Assembly (NCBI GenBank): GCA_050251055.1
Contig: JBFWNL010000015.1
Location: 1-51,252 of the forward strand
Length of the DNA stretch: 51,252 nt
Direction of reading: 5' to 3'
Origin: Bacteriovoracia bacterium
Lineage (GTDB): Bacteria; Bdellovibrionota; UBA1018; JBFWNL01
Below, piece by piece: positions 18,253-27,319 of this stretch. The notes beneath the pieces were generated by a model that saw only the letters and a program-made list of their open reading frames with translations, searched no databases and was not told where the DNA came from. The position numbers were made by a program, and so were the translations under genes. Numbering within the stretch: the first letter of the stretch is position 1; the number at the start of each line of letters is the position of its first letter.

Positions 18253-20133
18253 ATGTGCGGGATCATGGGTTACGTCGGCCATCGGCCGGCCGTCGATTTG
18301 CTGATCAAGGGCTTGAAGCGCTTGGAGTACCGCGGTTACGATTCCGCGGGCGTCGCTTATTTCGATCGCGGTGCCATCCGTATCCAAAAGTCCGAAGGCA
18401 AGCTCACGAACGTCGAGAAACTCTTTGACGGATCTTCGGGCGCGGGCTCGGCCGGCTCGACCTGCGGCATTGGCCACACCCGTTGGGCGACCCACGGCAA
18501 ACCCACCACCCAGAACGCGCATCCGCACAAGACCGGGCACGTGGTGCTCGTCCATAACGGCATCATTGAAAACTACCAGGCCATCCGCCAGTCCATCGTC
18601 GAGCAAGGGCACCAACCGGCTTCCGAGACCGATAGCGAGCTCTTCGGTTTTCTCGTGCTGGAGGAAATGAAGCGAGGCCACGCCCTGGCCGAGGCCGTGC
18701 GGCTGGCCTTTCTGAAGCTCGAAGGCTCGTGCAGCGTGGTCGTCCTTTCCGAAAAGGAACCCGGTGTCGTGGTCGGTGTGCGCAATGGATCGCCGCTCGT
18801 CGCCGCCGTCGATCCCGAGGGGGGGGCGATGCTCGCGAGCGACGCGCAGCCGTTGCTCGAGTACACGCGCGATGTTACTTTCGTCGAAAACGGCGACATG
18901 GTCGTGGGTACGTTGCAGGGACTCGAGTTCCGCGATTTCCGCACCGGCGAGCGCGTCCGGCGCGACCCCACTACATTGAACTGGTCGCCCGACAAGTTGG
19001 ATAAACGGGGTTACCCCCATTACATGATCAAGGAAATTTTCGAGCAGCCCACGGCGCTCGTGGACACCCTGAACGCGACGCTGGATCGCGGGCAAAACCG
19101 CCCGTTCGCTTTGGCGGATCAGCCGGGGGTGGCGCTTTTGCGCGAGGCCAAGCAACTTGTCTTCGTGGCTTGCGGAACCTCCAGCTACGCGGCCCTCTTG
19201 GCGAAATATTGGATCGAGCAGTGGGCGAAGGTCCCCGTGTCGGTGGAGCTCGCGAGCGAGTTCCGTTACCGCGATCCGGTGGTTGCCCCCGGCACCCTGG
19301 TCGTGGGGATTTCCCAGTCCGGCGAAACCGCCGATACCTTGGCCGTGATTCGCGAGATGAAGCGCCGGAACGTGAAGTGCGTGGGCCTCACCAACGTGCG
19401 CGGAAGCACGATCACCCGCGAGGTGGATGCCACCTTCTTCACCTCCGCCGGGCCCGAGATCGCGGTCGCCGGCACCAAGAGTTTCATGACTCAGCTTTAT
19501 GTCCTCATTCTGTGGGCGGGATACCTAGCCGCGGAAAAGCAAGCGCTTCCCGCCGATCGGCTGCGGAGTCTATTCGACGATGTCCTGCGCATTCCCCACG
19601 TGTTGGCCACTGAGCTGGACGAAGGCTCCGCCATGGTGAAGGCGACTCGCGTGGCGGCCCGGCGTTTCGCCGAAGCGAAAGGCTTTTTCTTCATTGGTCG
19701 CGGCTTTTCCTTCCCGATCGCGCTCGAGGGCGCGTTGAAGCTCAAGGAGATCGCTTATCATTTCGCCGATGGGTACGCGGCGGGCGAGCTTAAGCACGGG
19801 CCGATCGCCATGATCGACAAGGACATGGTGGTCGTAGTGCTCGCCCCCGACGACGGTTGGCGCGAGAAAACATTCTCGAACCTGCAGGAAGTGAAGGCGC
19901 GCGGCGCGCGCATCCTGGGGGTGGGTACGAAGAGCGACGCGCTTCTGAAGCGCGAAAGCGAGGAATTCGTACCGGTGGAAGTGGGCGGCGGCGGCAAGGG
20001 CTTGCTCGATCCGGCGCTCGCGCCGCTCGTGCTCGCGCCCGTGGTTCAGCTCCTAAGCTACGAGGTGGGGGTCTTGCGCGGGACCGACGTGGATCAACCC
20101 CGCAATCTCGCGAAAAGCGTGACGGTGGAATAG
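18253..20133 (+). CDS. glmS: Glutamine-fructose-6-phosphate transaminase
   Basis: MCGI N-terminus, LEYRGYDSAG, GHTRWATHG, SQSGETADT, ELKHGP, PRNLAKSVTVE C-terminus. Confidence 0.98.
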   Translation: MCGIMGYVGHRPAVDLLIKGLKRLEYRGYDSAGVAYFDRGAIRIQKSEGKLTNVEKLFDGSSGAGSAGSTCGIGHTRWATHGKPTTQNAHPHKTGHVVLVHNGIIENYQAIRQSIVEQGHQPASETDSELFGFLVLEEMKRGHALAEAVRLAFLKLEGSCSVVVLSEKEPGVVVGVRNGSPLVAAVDPEGGAMLASDAQPLLEYTRDVTFVENGDMVVGTLQGLEFRDFRTGERVRRDPTTLNWSPDKLDKRGYPHYMIKEIFEQPTALVDTLNATLDRGQNRPFALADQPGVALLREAKQLVFVACGTSSYAALLAKYWIEQWAKVPVSVELASEFRYRDPVVAPGTLVVGISQSGETADTLAVIREMKRRNVKCVGLTNVRGSTITREVDATFFTSAGPEIAVAGTKSFMTQLYVLILWAGYLAAEKQALPADRLRSLFDDVLRIPHVLATELDEGSAMVKATRVAARRFAEAKGFFFIGRGFSFPIALEGALKLKEIAYHFADGYAAGELKHGPIAMIDKDMVVVVLAPDDGWREKTFSNLQEVKARGARILGVGTKSDALLKRESEEFVPVEVGGGGKGLLDPALAPLVLAPVVQLLSYEVGVLRGTDVDQPRNLAKSVTVE

Positions 20134-20156
20134 GGTAAGACGGGGAACTGGGGAAA

Positions 20157-21971
20157 ATGCTCATTCGTTCTTTATTCATGGGGTTCTTCGCGGCGTCCGT
20201 GGCGTTCCTGCCCCGTTGGGTGTGGACCCACTGGCCGCAGGTTTCCCGGCTGGGCGTGGTGGGCATGCTCGCGGTGGGGCTTTTCATGACCCTCATGCTC
20301 TGGCTCTTCACCCGTGGCCGGGTGCCCGAAGGCCGCGACCCGCTTTTCGGCGGCGTCGGTGATCTCATCTTGCAGATTCACGCACCGACGCATTCGCATC
20401 TCAATCGCCTGCGCAACGCGTGGGGTATTCGTTCGTTCGTGTCTCTCATCGCGGGTGTTTTTGGCGGCGTGGTCGGTCCGGAGGGAGCCGCCACGGAGGT
20501 CGCGCACGGTTTTGCCAAGTACACGCGTTCGCGTAGCTCCCAGTGGTTTGAACAGCAGCGCCGTACGGATTTCGCGCTCGCGGCGGCTTCGGGCATTTCG
20601 GCCGCGTTCGGCGCGCCGCTCGCGGCGGCCGTGCTCTCGTCCGAACTGCGCATTGGTGGATATCATCTATACGCGGTGGTGAGCTCGGTCACCGCCTTCT
20701 TTGTCACCCAGTTTCTCGAGCAGCGCTGGCACGTCACGAAGCTCGTGACCGAGGTGCTTCCGGCCAGTAGCCCCGATTTCCAGATCTTCCGTTGGACGGA
20801 ACTCTTCCTGTCCGCTCCACTCGCGGTGGTGATTGGCATTTTCGCCGTGTTCCTGATTCAATTTAGCCATGCGGGGCGCAGCAGCCTACGCGCGGTTTTC
20901 GCCAAGAAACCCCTGCGGATCGTGGCCCTGATGACGTTGCTCCTGATGGCGCTCGTGACGATCTCGCCCACGGGCAATCTTCCGGGCTTCATGCTTTTCC
21001 GTAGCTTCGTGCTCGAGAACCCGAGCTTCGCGCAGATTGGCCTCGTGCTCCTCGCCAACGCCCTTGTATTCACGTTGGTCGTGGTGGTGATGGGCTCCTT
21101 CGGCGTCTTCTGGCCAGTTTATCTCATGGGGGCGTTGATCGGGTACACGCTTTCGAAGGCGCTGGTGGGCGATCCGCTACTCATGACCTATATCGGTGGT
21201 AGCGCGCTCTTCGGCGCCGTATTCAGCGCGCCGATTACGGCGGTCCTCATCGCTTACGAGATGTCGGGCAACGTGGGTTTGGTGCTCCCTTGCTTTATCG
21301 CGGCGGCGGGCGCGCGCTACGTGCGCAAAAGTCTGGCCACGCGCAATCTCTTCAATGACTTCCTGATGGATTGCGGGCTTACCTTGCAGAGCGGTCGCAG
21401 CGTCGCCATTTTGGAAGGCATTTCCGTGAAGGACGCCATGGTAACCGACTTCCAGCGCGTGGAGGAGCGCGAGTCCGTCGATTCGATCTTCAACCGCTTC
21501 CAGGAATCGGGCTACCCCTTCCTCGCCGTAGTGAGCTCGCGTGGGCTGTACAAGGGCCTGATCACCATGGATATGATCGAAGAGTCCCGCACGCGGGACA
21601 AGACGCTGGACCCTTCCCACTCGCGCTCGACCATCTCTGGTTTGCTCGAGGCGAAAGACTTGCTCTACCGCTACGGCAATCGTTTTCAGTCGGTGTACGA
21701 AGACAACCGGCTCGCGGTTACGACCGGTATTTTCGATAGTTCGCCGGTCGCGCCCGTGCTCAATGGCCAAGGTGAAATCGTAGGCTTGCTCTTTTCCTAT
21801 CACGTGCGTATTTCATACGACCGCGAAGTCGCGCGCCGATCCTTTCTGGTGCAGACTTTTCGGACCAAGCAGGAGGCGGCGCTCGAAGGTGGCGGGACGG
21901 AGGGCGTGAGTGAGGTCACGCCGGCGGTCCCGACGGCGCCCGCCAAGTCGAAGAAGAGGAAACGCTCGTGA
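20157..21971 (+). CDS. CLC-family chloride channel/transporter with C-terminal CBS pair
   Basis: GGVVGPEGA (GxEGP-like), GISAAFGAPLAA, GSFGVFWP, APITAVLIAYEMSG; CBS domains (VKDAM...YPFLAVV). Confidence 0.85.
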   Translation: MLIRSLFMGFFAASVAFLPRWVWTHWPQVSRLGVVGMLAVGLFMTLMLWLFTRGRVPEGRDPLFGGVGDLILQIHAPTHSHLNRLRNAWGIRSFVSLIAGVFGGVVGPEGAATEVAHGFAKYTRSRSSQWFEQQRRTDFALAAASGISAAFGAPLAAAVLSSELRIGGYHLYAVVSSVTAFFVTQFLEQRWHVTKLVTEVLPASSPDFQIFRWTELFLSAPLAVVIGIFAVFLIQFSHAGRSSLRAVFAKKPLRIVALMTLLLMALVTISPTGNLPGFMLFRSFVLENPSFAQIGLVLLANALVFTLVVVVMGSFGVFWPVYLMGALIGYTLSKALVGDPLLMTYIGGSALFGAVFSAPITAVLIAYEMSGNVGLVLPCFIAAAGARYVRKSLATRNLFNDFLMDCGLTLQSGRSVAILEGISVKDAMVTDFQRVEERESVDSIFNRFQESGYPFLAVVSSRGLYKGLITMDMIEESRTRDKTLDPSHSRSTISGLLEAKDLLYRYGNRFQSVYEDNRLAVTTGIFDSSPVAPVLNGQGEIVGLLFSYHVRISYDREVARRSFLVQTFRTKQEAALEGGGTEGVSEVTPAVPTAPAKSKKRKRS

Positions 21972-24532
21972 TCGATTTTAACGAAGCTCCCGGCTCGTCC
22001 GGATCGGATGATGGATCCCCTTTCGGCCGCCCCTTGGGTACGGCTTGGCCTGGCGGCCCTGGATCCGCGGCGGGCGAAGAAATGGGTGTGGCGCCTGCGG
22101 CGCGGCCCTACACGATGGAAACGCCGCTGGCGGATTTGCCGCCCTTCCTGGCCAATCTCAACCCGAAGCAGCGCGAAGCGGCGTTGCAGGTCGACGGCCC
22201 GCTGATCGTATTGGCCGGCGCGGGTTCCGGAAAAACGAAGATGCTCACTTCGCGCATCGCTTATCTCATCGGTTTTTGCGGCGTGCCCTCTTACCAGGTG
22301 TTGGCCGTTACCTTCACGAATAAGGCGGCCGGCGAGATGAAGGAGCGCGTGGAAAAGGCATTGCACGAATCCTCGCAGCTGGGCATGACCGGCGGTTTCT
22401 TCGGCTCGCCCGAAATCGGCACTTTCCACGCGGTCTGCGTGCGCCTCTTGCGCCGGGAGATGGATCGTACGCCGTTTACCAAGCCGTTCGTGATTTACGA
22501 CGATTCCGACCAGCTCGCGCTGGTAAAGAGCGTGCTCAACAAGCTCGATATCGATCCCAAGTCCTTCAATCCCAAGGCGCTGCAGGCCGGGATCAACCGC
22601 CTCAAGTGCGACGCCACCGAACCGGAGGAATTCCAACCCGGGCAGTACAACGCGTTCGAGAAAAAACTTAAGGAAGTCTACGCCCAGTACCAGAAGGATC
22701 TCTTCGCCAATAACGCCCTCGATTTTGGCGAAATCATCTGCATGACCTACCGGCTGCTGCGCCAAAATGAAGACCTGCGCCGCAAATATCAGGCGCGCTT
22801 CAAGTATATTCACGTCGACGAGTATCAAGATACGAACCGCGCGCAGTACCTGCTGCTTTCCACCCTCGCAAGTCCCACGCAGGGCGGGCATGCCAATATT
22901 TGCGTGGTCGGGGATGAAGACCAGTCCATCTACAAGTGGCGCGGAGCGGATATCAAAAACATCTTGGATTTTGAAAAAGAGTATCCGCAGGCTTACGTGG
23001 TGAAGCTCGAGCAGAACTACCGCTCCACCCAGACCATCATCGAGGCCGCGAGCCACCTCATCGGTAACAACAAGGAGCGTAAGAACAAGCGCCTTTGGAC
23101 CGAGAACGAGAAGGGAAGCCTCATCCAGCTTTATTATCTTGCCGATGAGCGTGCCGAAGCCGAGCTTGTCGTGGGCGAGGTGAAGCGGTTAATGAACCTG
23201 AGCGCGCTCTCGCTCGATGATTTCGCGATCTTCTACCGCACGCATGCGCAAAGCCGTCAGTTCGAAGACGTGCTCCGCCGCGAGAAGCTCTCCTACCAGG
23301 TCGTCGGCGGCACGAAGTTCTACGAGCGCAAGGAAATCAAGGATATCCTGGCTTACTTCCGGCTCATCTTGAATGCCGAAGACTCCGTCAGCCTGGGCCG
23401 GGTGATCAATGTTCCCGCGCGCGGCATCGGAAAAACCACGCTCGAGAAAATCGACCAGATGGTTTTCGAGCAGGGGCAAGCCCAGCAGGGCACGCTGGGG
23501 CTTGATCAAATCAGCACCGTTTGGCAGATGCTCATCAGGATTGTGCGCGGCGACGCCAATATTTTCGCCAAGAAAACCTTGGGGGCGCTGAAGGGTTTCG
23601 TCGACATGATGGAGAAGCTCGCGAAGGCGCGCACGCAGATGCTGCTCTCGGAGCTCTATCACGCGATCCTGGATGAAACCGGCTACGTGCGCGAGCTACG
23701 CAAGGAAGCCACGGTCGAAGCCATGGCCCGCATCGAGAACTTGGAAGAATTCGACACGTTGATCCAGGAGTTCGAGGAAACGGCCTTACAAAGCCTGGAA
23801 GGCGACGAATATCTCGAAAAGAAAAAGACCCTGCTTGAGCAATTCATCGAGCAGACGAGCCTCGCCAGCCCCGAAGAAGTGGGCGAACAAGACAAGAACA
23901 TCACCACCCTGCGTATGATGACTTTGCACGGCTCCAAGGGTCTGGAGTACCCCGTCGTGTTCATGGTCGGCATGGAAGAAGGGTTGTTTCCCTCCATCAA
24001 GGCCTGGGAAGAGACCGAGGAAGAAGACATCGAAGAAGAGCGCAGGCTTTGCTACGTGGGCATGACCCGCGCGCGGCAACGCTTATATATGATGACCACC
24101 CAGGTCCGCCGCATCTGGGGGAATATCCAGTATCAGGATCCCGCGCGCTTTATTTCCGAGATTCCCGACGATTACTTGGATGCGAAAGACCTTACGGGCC
24201 GTGCGAGCCACGGCAGCTCCAACAGCTTCGCCGCGAGCACGAGCACCAGCTGGGGTTCGGTCGTCGATCGTCCGCGCCCGGCCAGCGGGTTTTCGTTCCA
24301 GCCGTCGGGCGGCGCTTCAAAGCCCACGAAGGCCCGCAAGCCCGAGGGTGTTCACGTCGATACGGAAGAAGCTAACGACTACGTAGGCCGCTACCTCGAT
24401 CACCCCGAGTACGGCGAAGGCACGATCGTCGCCGTCGAAGGCGCGGCGCCCGACCACAAGGTGGTCGTGGAGTTCAAGGGCCGCGTGCGGCGGAAGTTCC
24501 TGCTGAAGTACGTTTCTAGCTACCTGGATTGA
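21968..24532 (+). CDS. pcrA: UvrD/PcrA ATP-dependent DNA helicase
   Basis: LAGAGSGKT, TFTNKAA, VDEYQDTN, GDEDQSIY, LEQNYRS, TLHGSKGLE, EERRLCYVGMTRA; C-terminal Tudor-like HPEYGEG. The start may lie downstream of the GTG given. Confidence 0.95.
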   Translation: MIDFNEAPGSSGSDDGSPFGRPLGTAWPGGPGSAAGEEMGVAPAARPYTMETPLADLPPFLANLNPKQREAALQVDGPLIVLAGAGSGKTKMLTSRIAYLIGFCGVPSYQVLAVTFTNKAAGEMKERVEKALHESSQLGMTGGFFGSPEIGTFHAVCVRLLRREMDRTPFTKPFVIYDDSDQLALVKSVLNKLDIDPKSFNPKALQAGINRLKCDATEPEEFQPGQYNAFEKKLKEVYAQYQKDLFANNALDFGEIICMTYRLLRQNEDLRRKYQARFKYIHVDEYQDTNRAQYLLLSTLASPTQGGHANICVVGDEDQSIYKWRGADIKNILDFEKEYPQAYVVKLEQNYRSTQTIIEAASHLIGNNKERKNKRLWTENEKGSLIQLYYLADERAEAELVVGEVKRLMNLSALSLDDFAIFYRTHAQSRQFEDVLRREKLSYQVVGGTKFYERKEIKDILAYFRLILNAEDSVSLGRVINVPARGIGKTTLEKIDQMVFEQGQAQQGTLGLDQISTVWQMLIRIVRGDANIFAKKTLGALKGFVDMMEKLAKARTQMLLSELYHAILDETGYVRELRKEATVEAMARIENLEEFDTLIQEFEETALQSLEGDEYLEKKKTLLEQFIEQTSLASPEEVGEQDKNITTLRMMTLHGSKGLEYPVVFMVGMEEGLFPSIKAWEETEEEDIEEERRLCYVGMTRARQRLYMMTTQVRRIWGNIQYQDPARFISEIPDDYLDAKDLTGRASHGSSNSFAASTSTSWGSVVDRPRPASGFSFQPSGGASKPTKARKPEGVHVDTEEANDYVGRYLDHPEYGEGTIVAVEGAAPDHKVVVEFKGRVRRKFLLKYVSSYLD

Positions 24533-25434
24533 GGAGCCGGCGTTTCGGGATAGAGCTCTGGGAAATCACCCGGGAACCAGTCGGGCTTGTAAGCACCTCG
24601 GGTATCCGACATTAGATTGCAGTTTTTGATGATGTGATTTCTCCGGGCCATAAGGGTGTCGTAAGGAATTTTTCTGTGAGTGTCATAGATGCTCATCGGG
24701 CGGCCTTGAAAGTGAAGCACTTTTCCTTCGCGGTCCAGGATGTTTCCTTGGGCATCTGTTTTTAGTAGTCCAAGTATGTCATCCCCAGAGGTAAATTGCC
24801 CCCAGCGGACGAAGACGCCTCCGGATTTTCCAACCTGTTTTTCTCCCGGGATCGTTTTGAATTCCCGGATTCCCTTCTTCAGCAGCGCTTGATCCACCGC
24901 GCGCGCTACTTCGACGGCTTGTCGGTCCGAGACCGGGTAGATGGTGATGAATTTCCCGACTTGGGTAGCTCCGGATTTTTCGAGATAGTCCACCTTGCTC
25001 ATGATTTTGTGTTCCACGTTCATGTCCTTGAGTAAGGGAAGAATGGTTTCCGCAAGTTCCAATGCGTTCGCTTCGGTCGCGCTCACGTGAATTTTATATC
25101 CCTGGTGCGGGATAGGGAGGTGGGTTCCCCAATCGTGGAAATCCATACCTAAGGTGTAGCCAGTAAGCCTATCGACGATGTCGGTAACGTCCGGTGGAGG
25201 AGGCCCGCCAATCCAAGTTTTAATCGCGCTTTGGCGCAGTGGAGGTGAATCGGGGAGGATTGGCTCCTGCGCTGTCGGGTGACCGCCCCGCTCCGCTTCG
25301 GCACGGTGGACGAATCGGTTCCATTCCCTTTCCAAGGATTGGAGAAAGCATTGGAGCCGACGAGGGGCCGCATCGCTTTCCCGCGGCCACGCGAGCGAGA
25401 GGACGACAATGAGGATCGACGAGATCCGAGCCAT
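24520..25434 (-). CDS. Secreted stand-alone phosphoSer/Thr lyase-like domain protein (class III/IV lanthipeptide synthetase N-terminal / OspF-SpvC-like)
   Basis: ATG 25434 with GAGGAG RBS and a signal peptide (MARISSILIVVLSLAWPRESDA). Motifs QGYKIHVSA, EHKI, QVGKFITIYP, PGEKQV and VFVRWGQF, as in LanKC/LanL lyase domains. No kinase or cyclase domain. Confidence 0.75.
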   Translation of the reverse strand: MARISSILIVVLSLAWPRESDAAPRRLQCFLQSLEREWNRFVHRAEAERGGHPTAQEPILPDSPPLRQSAIKTWIGGPPPPDVTDIVDRLTGYTLGMDFHDWGTHLPIPHQGYKIHVSATEANALELAETILPLLKDMNVEHKIMSKVDYLEKSGATQVGKFITIYPVSDRQAVEVARAVDQALLKKGIREFKTIPGEKQVGKSGGVFVRWGQFTSGDDILGLLKTDAQGNILDREGKVLHFQGRPMSIYDTHRKIPYDTLMARRNHIIKNCNLMSDTRGAYKPDWFPGDFPELYPETPAPQSR

Positions 25435-25537
25435 GCGTATATCTCCTCGGAAATCCTTGGATAAAACTAGATTTACGCTTTGCGTTATACTGGGATACTC
25501 CCTATCCATTTGCGAGCTTTTGCTGTAAACGTGGGCC

Positions 25538-25846
25538 ATGTCCCAAGCACTCGATATCACGCGAAAAGTTGCCGATTTGGCGCGCCTCGAGTTATCGGCG
25601 TCCGAGTTCGAAACTTACTCTAAACAGCTGGGCGACATTTTGACGTACGTCGAGCGTTTGAAGCAGGTCGACGTGACGGGCGTGGAGCCGATGCTCCAAC
25701 CTCACGCGGATCAAACCGGGCTGAGGCCTTCCTTGCGGGGGGATGTCGTCGAAGAATCGCCGCGCGACGCGGACGGACGGCCCACGGTCTTGGCGGGCGG
25801 GCCGGTGGTCACCGATGACGCTTACCAGGTACCCCCGATCTTATAG
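25538..25846 (+). CDS. gatC: Asp/Glu-tRNA amidotransferase subunit C
   Basis: KVADLARLEL...ILTYVERLKQVDVTGVEPM...YQVPPIL; directly upstream of gatA. Confidence 0.92.
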   Translation: MSQALDITRKVADLARLELSASEFETYSKQLGDILTYVERLKQVDVTGVEPMLQPHADQTGLRPSLRGDVVEESPRDADGRPTVLAGGPVVTDDAYQVPPIL

Positions 25847-27319
25847 ATGAGCGCGCGCGTGGAAAAACCCCGTACCATCTCTGGCATCCACGACGCGTAC
25901 GACGCGAAGAAACTTTCTCCGGTGGAACTGACCCGCGCCTATCTCGACGCGATTTCCAAAAGCGACCACAACGCCTATCTCGAGGTCTGTTCCCAGCGGG
26001 CGCTGGCGCAGGCGGAAGCCGCGCAGAAACAATTGGCGACGAAGGGCAAAGTTCCGCGTGCGGAGTCGCCCCTTTTCGGGATTCCGCTCGGGATCAAGGA
26101 CGTGCTGACGATCGAAGGCGTGGCCACGACGTGCGGCTCGCGAATTCTGGAAAAATACCGGCCGCCCTATACGGCGACGGCGGTCGAGCGCTTGGAGAAA
26201 GCGGGCGCGATTAGTCTCGGCAAACTGAACATGGACGAATTCGCCATGGGAAGCTCCAACGAAAACTCCGCGTTTGGACCGGTGAAGCACCCGACGCATC
26301 CCGATCATGTGCCGGGGGGGTCCAGCGGCGGTTCGGCCACCGCGGTGGCCGCCGGACTTTGCGCGGCGGCGTTGGGCAGCGACACCGGCGGATCCGTGCG
26401 CCAGCCCGCGAGTTTTTGCGGGCTGGTCGGATTCAAGCCCACATACGGACGGATCAGTCGCTACGGATTGATTGCCTACGCGTCTTCATTAGATCAAGTC
26501 GGAGTCCTTACGAACACGGTGGCGGACGCGGCGACGCTCTTTGACATAATGTCGGGGGCGGACGGACGTGACCCCACCTGCGTGAACCAGCCGCCGACGA
26601 AAACGGCCGCGGCTTTGGCGGCCGGTGGCAATATCGACTGGAAAAAAACCCGCGTCGGCGTGCCGAAAGAGTACTTCGGCGGCGGCTCCCAGCCGGACGT
26701 TCAGAAGGCCATTCAAAGTTCGCTCGATTGGTTCAAGTCTCAGGGCGCGCAGCTTGTCGATATCTCGCTCCCGCATACCGAGCACGCGATCGCGACCTAC
26801 TATTTGGTGGCGGTGGCGGAAGCTTCGAGCAACCTCGCGCGCTTTGACGGCGTCCGCTTCGGTTCTCGTCCCGCGGCCGCCGACTCCGCACCCGATCTTG
26901 CCGCTTTCTATCGCCAATGCCGTGCGGCCTTCGGCCCCGAGGTAAAACGCCGGATTATCCTGGGGACTTACGCGCTCTCGAGCGGCTATTACGACGCCTA
27001 TTACCGGCGCGCCTGCCAAGTGCGCTCGCTCATCGCCCGCGATTTCCGCGAGGCGTTCATGAAGGTCGACGTGATTGCGGCCCCGGTTTCGCCGGTCACC
27101 GCGTTCAAGCGCGGGGAGAAAACGGCCGATCCGCTGCAAATGTATCTCATGGATATCTTCACCATTCCCGCCTCGCTTGCGGGTCTCCCCGCCCTGAGCG
27201 TCCCTTGTGGAAAAGACGGGGTGGGATTGCCGATTGGACTGCACCTGATTGGGGCGCCTTTCAAGGAAGAGAGTCTGCTGCGATTCGCGCAGGGTTTCGA
27301 GAAAGGCGGGCCGAAGTAA
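25847..27319 (+). CDS. gatA: Asp/Glu-tRNA amidotransferase subunit A
   Basis: GKLNMDEFAMGSS, PGGSSGGSA, GSDTGGSVRQPA, EVKRRIILGTYALSSGYY. Confidence 0.97.
   Translation: MSARVEKPRTISGIHDAYDAKKLSPVELTRAYLDAISKSDHNAYLEVCSQRALAQAEAAQKQLATKGKVPRAESPLFGIPLGIKDVLTIEGVATTCGSRILEKYRPPYTATAVERLEKAGAISLGKLNMDEFAMGSSNENSAFGPVKHPTHPDHVPGGSSGGSATAVAAGLCAAALGSDTGGSVRQPASFCGLVGFKPTYGRISRYGLIAYASSLDQVGVLTNTVADAATLFDIMSGADGRDPTCVNQPPTKTAAALAAGGNIDWKKTRVGVPKEYFGGGSQPDVQKAIQSSLDWFKSQGAQLVDISLPHTEHAIATYYLVAVAEASSNLARFDGVRFGSRPAAADSAPDLAAFYRQCRAAFGPEVKRRIILGTYALSSGYYDAYYRRACQVRSLIARDFREAFMKVDVIAAPVSPVTAFKRGEKTADPLQMYLMDIFTIPASLAGLPALSVPCGKDGVGLPIGLHLIGAPFKEESLLRFAQGFEKGGPK

Noticed and set aside
20100-20160. glmS 3' end as an attTn7 site
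   Set aside because: The target sequence is present, but the CLC gene follows within 23 nt. No Tn7 ends or tns genes, so the site is empty.
24520-25560. Lanthipeptide biosynthetic gene cluster
   Set aside because: Only the lyase-like domain is present: no kinase/cyclase fusion, precursor peptide, protease or exporter. The longer 25560 start overlaps gatC and was replaced by 25434.
26917-27318. N-terminal extension of GatB in the ORF track
   Set aside because: It overlaps gatA in another frame; the real start is ATG 27319.
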